Under the pieces are notes generated by a model that searched no databases, was not told the DNA's origin, and saw nothing but the letters and a program-made list of their open reading frames with translations. Positions 29,634-37,546 of a stretch of 64,000 nucleotides of DNA are shown here, piece after piece; positions within the stretch are counted from its first letter, which is position 1; each line of letters opens with the position of its first letter. Position numbers and translations under genes: made by a program. The DNA is from Alphaproteobacteria bacterium (GTDB lineage Bacteria > Pseudomonadota > Alphaproteobacteria > UBA2966 > CAIVPW01), in NCBI GenBank assembly GCA_947481575.1, contig CANKGV010000004.1, positions 5,487 through 69,486 of the forward strand, written 5' to 3'.

Positions 29634-32033
29634 ATGATCCGTTTCATTGCTTGGATGTTCGGCATTCTGACCGTGGCGGCGCTGGCCGGCGCCGGCGGCG
29701 TTCTGTTTGTGTTTTACCAATTCGGCCGGGACCTTCCGGCGTACTCCCAGCTTGCGGTGTACGAGCCGCCGACCACGTCCCGCATTTATGCCGGCGACGG
29801 CCGGTTGCTGACCGAATACGCCAAGGAACCGCGCGTATTCGTGCCGATCGCCGCGATCCCCCAGCGGGTGATCGACGCGGTGTTGTCGGCGGAAGACCAG
29901 AATTTCTATTCGCACCCCGGTGTGGACGTGACCGCAGTCGTGCGCGCTGTGCTGTTCGACGCGTTGCACTGGGGTGAACGGCGGCCGATCGGCGCGTCCA
30001 CCATCACCCAGCAGGTCGCCAAGCTGCCGGGACTTTCGTTGCTCGGGACCGAGGTCACGCCATCGCGCAAGATCAAGGAAATGATCTTGTCGTTCCGCAT
30101 CGAGAAAGCGCTGTCGAAGGACCGTATTCTCGAAATCTACTTGAACGAAATCTACCTCGGCTTTGGCTCCTACGGCGTGGCCCAGGCCGCGCTGAACTAC
30201 TTCAACAAGCCGCTCGACGAACTGTCGATTGCCGAGGTCGCCTATTTGGCCGCCCTGCCCAAGGGGCCGACCAACTATCACCCGATCCGCCATCCGGACG
30301 CAGCCAAGGAGCGCCGCGATTGGGTGGTCGGCCGCATGCTGGAAACCGGCAAGGTAACGCGCGCCGAAGCCGAGATGGCGCAGGCGACGCCGTTCCAGAT
30401 CAATCCGCGCGCAGAGACCCCGGTCTATTCGGCGGAATACTTCACCGAGGAAGTGCGCCGTGAGTTGGCGCAGCGGTTCGGATCGAAGGACCTGTACGGC
30501 GGTGGTCTTTCGGTGCGCACGACGCTTGACCCGCGGTTGCAGGACATCGCCACCAAGGTCCTACGGGTCGGATTGGAAGACTACGATCGCCGTCATGGCT
30601 GGCGCGGTCCGGTCACGCGTATCGAGCATCCGGAAGTGGATTGGCAACGCCGCCTGATGGCGACGCCGGTGCCGACCCAACTGGGTGACGATCGCCGCGT
30701 CGCGCTGGTGCTGGCGGTGGCCGACGACCGCGCCGAGATCGGCTTCAGCAGTGGGTCGCGCGGCATCATCTTGATGAAGGACATGGCTTGGGCGCGGAAA
30801 TGGCGCGAGGGCCAGCGGGTCGGCGTTGCGCCGAAAAAGGCGACTGATGTGCTGACCATCGGCGACGTGATCGCCGTGGAAGCGCTGCCGCAGCAGGGAA
30901 ATTTCGCCTTGCGCCAGATTCCCAACGTGGACGGCGCCCTCGTGGCGCTCGACCCCCACACTGGCCGCGTGCTGGCAATGGTCGGCGGCTACAGCTACGC
31001 CACCAGCCAGTTCAATCGCGCCACCCAGGCGATGCGTCAGCCGGGGTCGGCATTCAAGCCGTTCGTGTACATGGCCGGCCTCGACCACGGTTTCACGCCG
31101 GCTAGCCTAGTGTTGGACGCGCCGTTCGTGCTGGACCAAGGCCCGGGTCTGGGCAAGTGGAAGCCCGCCAACTATTCGCAGACGTTCTACGGCCCGAGCA
31201 CGCTGCGGCTGGGTATCGAAAAGTCGCGCAACCTGATGACGGTGCGGCTGGCGCAGTACGTGGGCATGGATACCGTCGGCAGCTATGCCAAGCGCTTTGG
31301 CGTTGTGGACCAGTTGCCGCCGCTGTTGTCGATGGCGCTGGGTTCGAGCGAGACGACACTGATGCGCCTGACTGCCGCGTACGCCGAGATCGTGAACGGC
31401 GGCAAGGCAATCACGCCGACCTTGATCGACCGCGTACAGGATCGCAACGGCAAGACGATTTTCCGACACGATGCGCGGCCGTGCGTGAACTGCGCCAACG
31501 TTAAGTGGTTCAACCAGGGCGTGCCGCAGGTACCGGATAACCGCGCCCAGATCGTCGACACCGTCACTGCCTATCAGATGACCTCGATGCTGGAGGGCGT
31601 GGTGCAGCGCGGCACCGGCCGTACGGTCGCTTCCGTCGGCAAGCCGCTGGCCGGCAAGACCGGAACCACGGACGACGCCAAGGACAACTGGTTCGTGGGC
31701 TTTGCCCCGGACTTGGCGGTTGGCGTTTACGTGGGCTTCGACAGCCCACGCACCCTGGGCGGCGATGAGCAAGGTGCGACTACGGCGGCGCCGATCTTCC
31801 GTGATTTCATGGCCCAGGCATTGAAGGGCAGGCCGACCATACCGTTCCGCATCCCTGCGGGCGTCCGCCTGGTCCGGATCAACGCCGAGACCGGCAAGCC
31901 GGCGGCGCCGGGCGATAAGGAAGTGATTCTGGAGGCATTCAAGCCCGGCACCGAACCGACCGCTGCCGACGCGCTGGTGCTGGATTATGGCTTCGTGCCG
32001 TTCGATGGAGCGCAGACCCGCGGTCTGTACTAG
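29634..32033 (+). CDS. mrcA: Penicillin-binding protein 1A
   Basis: EDQNFYSHPG, GASTITQQVAK, RKIKE; transpeptidase SAFK, SRN, KTG. Confidence 0.96.
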   Translation: MIRFIAWMFGILTVAALAGAGGVLFVFYQFGRDLPAYSQLAVYEPPTTSRIYAGDGRLLTEYAKEPRVFVPIAAIPQRVIDAVLSAEDQNFYSHPGVDVTAVVRAVLFDALHWGERRPIGASTITQQVAKLPGLSLLGTEVTPSRKIKEMILSFRIEKALSKDRILEIYLNEIYLGFGSYGVAQAALNYFNKPLDELSIAEVAYLAALPKGPTNYHPIRHPDAAKERRDWVVGRMLETGKVTRAEAEMAQATPFQINPRAETPVYSAEYFTEEVRRELAQRFGSKDLYGGGLSVRTTLDPRLQDIATKVLRVGLEDYDRRHGWRGPVTRIEHPEVDWQRRLMATPVPTQLGDDRRVALVLAVADDRAEIGFSSGSRGIILMKDMAWARKWREGQRVGVAPKKATDVLTIGDVIAVEALPQQGNFALRQIPNVDGALVALDPHTGRVLAMVGGYSYATSQFNRATQAMRQPGSAFKPFVYMAGLDHGFTPASLVLDAPFVLDQGPGLGKWKPANYSQTFYGPSTLRLGIEKSRNLMTVRLAQYVGMDTVGSYAKRFGVVDQLPPLLSMALGSSETTLMRLTAAYAEIVNGGKAITPTLIDRVQDRNGKTIFRHDARPCVNCANVKWFNQGVPQVPDNRAQIVDTVTAYQMTSMLEGVVQRGTGRTVASVGKPLAGKTGTTDDAKDNWFVGFAPDLAVGVYVGFDSPRTLGGDEQGATTAAPIFRDFMAQALKGRPTIPFRIPAGVRLVRINAETGKPAAPGDKEVILEAFKPGTEPTAADALVLDYGFVPFDGAQTRGLY

Positions 32034-32066
32034 TCCGGCCCAGGCCGGTTCGGCTACAAGACGCCG

Positions 32067-33189
32067 ATGCGCACCGAAGCAGAACAGATCGCCAAGGAAA
32101 TCCGCGACTCGATCGCGCTCCTGAGGAGGCGTCTTTGACCCCGACGCTGCGCGCAAGCGCCTCGGCGAGCTGAACGCTGCCGTAGAGGCTCCCGGCTTCT
32201 GGAACGACACGGCGCGCGCCCAAGCGGCGATGCGCGACCGGAATCGCGTCGAACTCCTGATCAAGAACTTCGAGGGCCTGGAACGGGAGTTCCGGGACGC
32301 GGTCGAACTTGTCGAGATGGCGGAAGGCGAGGGCGACGAGTCGGTCGTGACCGACGCCATCGCCGATTTGAGCAAGCTGCGCGAGCGCGCCGAGCGTCAG
32401 CGGGTGGAAAGCCTGCTGTCGGGCGAAGCGGACGGCAACGACGCGTATCTAGAAGTGCATGCGGGCGCTGGCGGTACCGAGTCCCAGGACTGGGGCCAGA
32501 TGCTGCTGCGCATGTATGTGCGGTGGGCCGAGCGCAACGGCTTCAAGGTTCTGTGGGAACAGGAGACCCCCGGCGAAGAAGCCGGGATCAAGTCTGCGAC
32601 CGTGAAGATCACCGGTCCCAATGCCTACGGCTGGCTCAAGACCGAGAGCGGTGTGCACCGCTTGGTGCGCATTTCTCCGTTCGACTCGGCGGCGCGCCGC
32701 CACACTAGCTTTGCCAGTGCGTGGGTATACCCGGTGGTGGACGACAATATCGAGGTCGACATCCAGGAAGCCGACCTGCGCATCGATACCTATCGCGCGT
32801 CGGGAGCCGGCGGCCAGCACGTGAACCGGACCGACAGTGCAGTGCGCATCACCCATGGTCCCACCGGGATCGTGGTGCAGTGCCAGTCGGACCGCTCGCA
32901 GCACAAGAACAAGGCTGCGGCGATGAGCATGCTGAAGGCGCGCCTCTATCAGCTGGAGCTCGACAAGCGCGACGCGGTGCGCCAAGCCGCGCACGACTCC
33001 AAGACCGATATTGGCTGGGGTCACCAGATCCGGTCCTACGTGCTGCAGCCCTACCAGATGGTGAAGGACCTGCGCACGGGGGTGGAAAAGGGCAACGCCC
33101 AAGGCGTGCTCGACGGCGATATCAACGACTTCCTGAACGCATCGCTCGCGGCCGCCGTCGGGCCGGACCGGTCCACCGCTACCGCGTAG
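32067..33189 (+). CDS. prfB: Peptide chain release factor 2 (programmed +1 frameshift)
   Basis: 23-codon first ORF MRTEAEQ...LLRRRL ending CTT TGA C (32133-32139), then +1 frame with the SPF and GGQ motifs. Confidence 0.97.
32124..32139 (+). promoter_or_regulatory. prfB +1 ribosomal frameshift signal
   Basis: AGGAGG-CGT-CTTTGAC. Confidence 0.95.
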
Positions 33190-33436
33190 TTCGCGGCGGC
33201 GGCGCGGCGCCGGCACGACTCGGCCGCGGTGTTTGGAATACTGCGTTGACCACGCGGAAGCACGACGGCGCTGCCGAATTCGTCTGGTGCCAGATTTCTG
33301 CACCGCAATCCGGACAGGCCAGGCGGACGCGCTGTGCGGGCGGATCGTCATCGGCACCTTCGAGGCCGCAGCGTGCGCAACCGCACGCGGCGGCGCCTAC
33401 CGCAACGGATTGGTGACTCAGTTCAGCGCGCGCCAT
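33179..33436 (-). CDS. Small zinc-ribbon-like protein
   Basis: GGAGG 5 nt before the ATG; CGCARCG...CPDCG. Confidence 0.55.
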   Translation of the reverse strand: MARAELSHQSVAVGAAACGCARCGLEGADDDPPAQRVRLACPDCGAEIWHQTNSAAPSCFRVVNAVFQTPRPSRAGAAPPPRTTR

Positions 33437-33524
33437 GGGAACCTCCGCAAGTGGACCGTGCGGGGGTCGCGAACGCCGGCGGCAACGCCGATGCGAGAAT
33501 ACGGCTCATTGGAGTACGCGCCCT

Positions 33525-34379
33525 CTATGTGCGGGTGGGGGAATTGGGGCCGAATGCCGCCAGGACGTGATCCAGCGGTTGCAGGCCGTTTGCCCGGATC
33601 GTGGCGACGATGTCGTTCACGTAGGAGCGGCGTTCGGAGTACTTGGTGAGGGTGGCCGCCAGGGGGATGCCGGCTACCGCGCCTTCGCGTTCCCGCAGGC
33701 CGGCGCGCACATCGCGGAATCCGGCGTAGGCCGGGTTCGTGTTCAGGTTCAGCGTGTAGCGTTCCACCGACTCGTACAGCGATGAAAAGGCGCGCACCCG
33801 CACGGCCGCTTCGCGCGCCATCATGTTGGCGATGCGTTCGCTCCATACCCGCTCCCCGAACAGAGCGTTGCCTTCGGCGGCGAAGCGCGAGGTACCCCAA
33901 CCCGACTCGATGGCCGCCTGAGCGACCGCCAGCGACGGGGGAATGACGTCGACCTTGGCGTGCAGTGTCTCGATGTTCTGTGCGTCGCCGCCGTAGTGGC
34001 CGGCGAGATCGTCGAGCCAGATCGCCGAACCGGTATCGAGGGCGCAGCCCTGCCCTAGGTGTTCGCGTACGGCGACCAACCGGGCCCGGTCCCGCAGGAT
34101 GGCTGCGTCGACTGCCATGACGATTGGCGTAACGGCGGCGATGAATGCGGCCTTGCGCTCGGTGGGATCGAGGTCGCCGAGCGCGTCGAGGCTGGCGGTC
34201 TCCCAGCCGCGATCCGGCTCCCAGACGACGTAGACAGCGTGGGCCGTCACGGGGACGGAGGCGCACACGTTGGTAAACGTCAGTCCGAGAGGCGGGTTGG
34301 TGGCTGCTCCGGGAAACGTGCAAGCGGCCATCGCGAGGAATCCGGCAAGCAACGTGGACAGGGCGTGAACATTCGTCAT
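33525..34379 (-). CDS. Bax-like glucosaminidase (GH73)
   Basis: RK..FI, KVD.IPPSLAVAQAAIESGWGTSRFA.EGNALFG, NLNTNPAY..FR, YSER..Y; GGAG RBS. Confidence 0.9.
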   Translation of the reverse strand: MTNVHALSTLLAGFLAMAACTFPGAATNPPLGLTFTNVCASVPVTAHAVYVVWEPDRGWETASLDALGDLDPTERKAAFIAAVTPIVMAVDAAILRDRARLVAVREHLGQGCALDTGSAIWLDDLAGHYGGDAQNIETLHAKVDVIPPSLAVAQAAIESGWGTSRFAAEGNALFGERVWSERIANMMAREAAVRVRAFSSLYESVERYTLNLNTNPAYAGFRDVRAGLREREGAVAGIPLAATLTKYSERRSYVNDIVATIRANGLQPLDHVLAAFGPNSPTRT

Positions 34380-34736
34380 CGTCTGCTCTCCCGGGGTTAG
34401 GGTGCGCACGGATGAGTGCAGTCCAGCGCCGCCTACAGGTAGCCACCCCCTTGTGGCCGTGCCGGGGGCAAGCTGTGACAAAGTTGTGGCGGATACGATG
34501 GCGAGATGCGGATCGGGACATGGCCGATCGGCGGCAGGGGCACGGCGGGCCTCGCGCGCTGGTCCGGCGTGCGGACGGCGTCGCTTAGGTGTGGGGGCAG
34601 CAACCGCAGCAGGGGCGGCTATCGTCGGTGCGCGCTGTGCCGGTTGGGGACCGCAGCGATCGTGCGTTCTACCGCCAGCACACGGTGGTGCGCATCACCA
34701 AGCCAGGACGCGGCGACCGCCGAATTGGGTCCGGTG

Positions 34737-34756
34737 TGCGGCCCGCGCGGGCCGCA
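34737..34756. repeat. 20-bp perfect palindrome just downstream of the bactofilin gene (possible terminator or stability hairpin)
   Basis: TGCGGCCCGCGCGGGCCGCA; no U-tract. Confidence 0.4.
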
Positions 34757-34764
34757 ACGGCGGG

Positions 34765-35259
34765 TTAGCCCGCTGCTACGAGACCCTTGCCCTCGGCCAC
34801 GACTTTGGGGCCCTGGGCGCGGTGCTCGGCCATCTTCGCCTCGGCCGCTTCCTTGCGCGCGCGTTCCTTGGCGTCATCGTCGAGGCGGCGCAACTGGCCC
34901 TCGATATGGGCACCCGCTTCGATCGCCAGGACTTCGTGCAGGATGTCGCCAATGACCTTGGCGGTCTTGGCCAGCTTCACCGAGCGCGCAGAGATTTTGC
35001 CGGAGATCTGGCCGTGTACGACGATGTCGTCGGCCACCAATTCGCCGGAAATACGGGCGTGGCTGCCGATGGTGAGGGCCTGGGCGGTAACGTCACCATC
35101 GATGACGCCATCGACCTGGATCTCGCCTTCGGTCTTGAGGTTGCCGACGATGTGCAAGTTGGCACTGATGATCGATGGCGCGCCGCGGGCCCCTGCGGGG
35201 ACCGGTGACGGCCGAGGAGCTTCCGCAGCCACTTTCTTAGTCTCCGTTCTTGTAAACAT
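34765..35259 (-). CDS. Bactofilin (polymer-forming cytoskeletal protein)
   Basis: MF..K N-terminus; PSIISANL.I.GNL..EGEIQVDG.I.GD, GDI.H..LAIEAGA.IEG. Confidence 0.93.
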   Translation of the reverse strand: MFTRTETKKVAAEAPRPSPVPAGARGAPSIISANLHIVGNLKTEGEIQVDGVIDGDVTAQALTIGSHARISGELVADDIVVHGQISGKISARSVKLAKTAKVIGDILHEVLAIEAGAHIEGQLRRLDDDAKERARKEAAEAKMAEHRAQGPKVVAEGKGLVAAG

Positions 35260-36874
35260 AGCGACCCGCTTTCACGAACTTTGCAGGATCCTGCAAATTG
35301 CCGTTGAACAGTACTTCGTAGTGCACATGGGAGCCAGTGGACCTGCCGCTGCTTCCGACCAAGCCAACGTCCTGACGGAAGGCGACCTGCTGGCCCCTCT
35401 TCAGCGGCGTCGACAACAGGTGACCATAGCGGGTCACCATGCCAAAGCCGTGGTCGATTTCGACCATGAGGCCGTAGGAGCCCCAGTAGCCGACTCGCGT
35501 GACCCGGCCCGGGGCCGGCGCGCGGATTTGGGTTTTGATCGGCGCGGCGAGGTCGACTCCTTCGTGGAACGCGGCCTGGCCAGTAAACGGATCCTTGCGC
35601 GCCCCAAAGGCCGACGACACCGAGAACTCATCGATCGGCGCGATCAAGGGAATGCGGCTCAACGCGTGCTGCAGCGTCGCCCAACGGTCCAGTTGCTGTT
35701 CGGTGTTGGCCACCGCCTCGTAGAACGGGTCAGCGCCGATGTCGAGCGCAGCCACCTGCCGGCCGGCGAAGGTCGCAAACCCAATCGGCACCAACGGACC
35801 GCCAATCGCCGGACCGCCATCGGGATCGGCGTTTGCCAAGAGTTGCTCTAGGTCGAGGCCGGTTTCTTTGATCACGGCTTCGACTTGGTTCACGCCGGCA
35901 GTGGCCCGATCGTTGAGCCGGGCGACCAACTCGCCCTGGGATGCCTTCACGTCGGTCAGGCGGAACTGCAGTTCATCGGCAAGCTTGGCCATGAAGTCGC
36001 GCGAGCGCATGGCCTCCTCGCGCTGCACGCCCATGGCGATCGCTTGGTCCTCGGCCTTGGCAAGATTGGCCAGCATCTCCGTGGTGTGATCCGTGGCCTT
36101 GTTGACCCGGGCGTTGAGGTCGGCGACCTGCTTGCCGAGGTCGGCGTTGCGGGCCAGAGCATCGTCGTGCTCCCGCGTCGCCAGAGCCAACTGCCCGCGC
36201 GCATCGGCAAGGGCGGCCTCGGCACGCCGTTCGGCCTCGGCCGCAGCCAATCTTGCACCGGTGGCGTCGTCGAACTGCCGGGTCACAGCGGTGTGGGCTG
36301 CCTGGGCGATGTCGCGTTCTTTGATGGCGTTGCGACCTAAAGCATCGGCCGCTGCGAGCGCTTGGGTGAGCGTTCGATTGGCGGTCGCTGCGGCCGTCAT
36401 CTCGGTCTGCAGCGACGCGACTTGGCGCTGGAGTTCATTGGTGCGCGCCTGCGCGGTGTCGCGCAGACCGGTTGCCGTGTCTAGGGCGCCATGGAGTTCG
36501 CCGAGCTGGCCTTCCAGCCGGGTGCGGTAGGCGACGAGGTCCACTAGCTGCTGGTGTTGCGACTCAATCTGTCCGGTGATCGTCAGAATTTGGCGCTGCG
36601 CGTCATAGGAGCGTTGCGCCAGCACGTCGTAGGCCAGCGTTACTTCGCGGATGCGGGTGTTCTTGGCGTCGATGATTTGGTTGCGCAGAAGGACTTCTGC
36701 GCTGGTGAACAGCATCCAGCCGACCAATGCTAGAGCCGTGCAGCAAACCGCGATTTGCGCGGTCTTGCCGAGGGTAACGAAGCGGACTACGCCCTCGCTG
36801 CGGTAATAGAACTGACGTTCGGGAAAAAGGTGGTCGAGGGTCTCCCGCACACGCTGACGGGCGTCGCCGTCCAT
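35237..36874 (-). CDS. M23 endopeptidase with TM and long coiled coil (LmdC-like)
   Basis: FPERQ.Y.RS.G.VRF N-terminus, TM, coiled coil, SS.FG.R.DPF, HEGVD (HxxxD), YGHL, HVH (HxH). Confidence 0.92.
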   Translation of the reverse strand: MDGDARQRVRETLDHLFPERQFYYRSEGVVRFVTLGKTAQIAVCCTALALVGWMLFTSAEVLLRNQIIDAKNTRIREVTLAYDVLAQRSYDAQRQILTITGQIESQHQQLVDLVAYRTRLEGQLGELHGALDTATGLRDTAQARTNELQRQVASLQTEMTAAATANRTLTQALAAADALGRNAIKERDIAQAAHTAVTRQFDDATGARLAAAEAERRAEAALADARGQLALATREHDDALARNADLGKQVADLNARVNKATDHTTEMLANLAKAEDQAIAMGVQREEAMRSRDFMAKLADELQFRLTDVKASQGELVARLNDRATAGVNQVEAVIKETGLDLEQLLANADPDGGPAIGGPLVPIGFATFAGRQVAALDIGADPFYEAVANTEQQLDRWATLQHALSRIPLIAPIDEFSVSSAFGARKDPFTGQAAFHEGVDLAAPIKTQIRAPAPGRVTRVGYWGSYGLMVEIDHGFGMVTRYGHLLSTPLKRGQQVAFRQDVGLVGSSGRSTGSHVHYEVLFNGNLQDPAKFVKAGRYVYKNGD

Positions 36875-36987
36875 GCCTCCCCCTTTGGTTCCTGGAACCG
36901 GCAAGCGCGCCCGCGCCCGCAGGGTCTCAACTTGCGTTGGACCCATCCGTCAGCACTACCGGGTTCGCCGGGGGTTGGCAACAACGG

Positions 36988-37033
36988 GAATCACCGAATC
37001 ACACCATTATCCACAAGATAGTGATGGGTTAAC
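36988..37033. promoter_or_regulatory. Cell-cycle motif cluster upstream of the M23-bactofilin operon
   Basis: GAATC at 36988 and 36996 (GANTC), TTATCCACA at 37007-37015 (DnaA box), TTAAC at 37029-37033 (CtrA half-site-like). Confidence 0.55.
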
Positions 37034-37062
37034 GGCCGTCCGGAATTGGTTGCGCGGCGCCG

Positions 37063-37536
37063 CTAGCCGAGCGCCTTTGCGGCTTCGAGAACCTCTTCGA
37101 CGTGGCCGTCGACGCTGACCTTGCGCCACGCCTTGCGGATCACGCCCTTACCGTCGATCAGGTAGGTGGCGCGCTCGATGCCCATCGACTTGTTGCCATA
37201 CATGTTCTTCTCGACCCACACGCCATAGGCGCCCACCACCTTGCCGTCTTCATCGGCGGCGAGGGTGTGCGACAGCGTGTATTTTTCACGGAACTTGGCA
37301 TGGGAAGCGCACGAGTCTTTCGACACACCGATCACGGTCACGCCCAGTTTTTCGAACTTCGGCAGTGCACCGGTGAACGCGATGGCTTCCTTAGTGCAAC
37401 CCGGGGTGTCGTCCCTCGGGTAAAAGTACACAACGACGAGCTTGCCCTTGAGCTTGGCTAAGCTGACGGTGTCGCCGGCATCGGTTTCCATCTTGAAGTC
37501 CGGGGCGCGATCCCCTTCTTGCGGTCCAGCAGCCAT
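37063..37536 (-). CDS. bcp: Peroxiredoxin Bcp/PrxQ
   Basis: YFYPRDDTPGCTKEA, GVSKD, YGVW.EK.MYG, GIERAT; AAGGAG RBS. Confidence 0.95.
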   Translation of the reverse strand: MAAGPQEGDRAPDFKMETDAGDTVSLAKLKGKLVVVYFYPRDDTPGCTKEAIAFTGALPKFEKLGVTVIGVSKDSCASHAKFREKYTLSHTLAADEDGKVVGAYGVWVEKNMYGNKSMGIERATYLIDGKGVIRKAWRKVSVDGHVEEVLEAAKALG

Positions 37537-37546
37537 GGCGGTCTCC

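Noticed and set aside
32067..32138. prfB as a pseudogene with an internal stop
   Set aside because: Canonical programmed frameshift site
33233..33649. 138-aa plus-strand ORF after prfB
   Set aside because: TTG start without RBS, no motif, and it conflicts with the better-supported minus-strand ORFs
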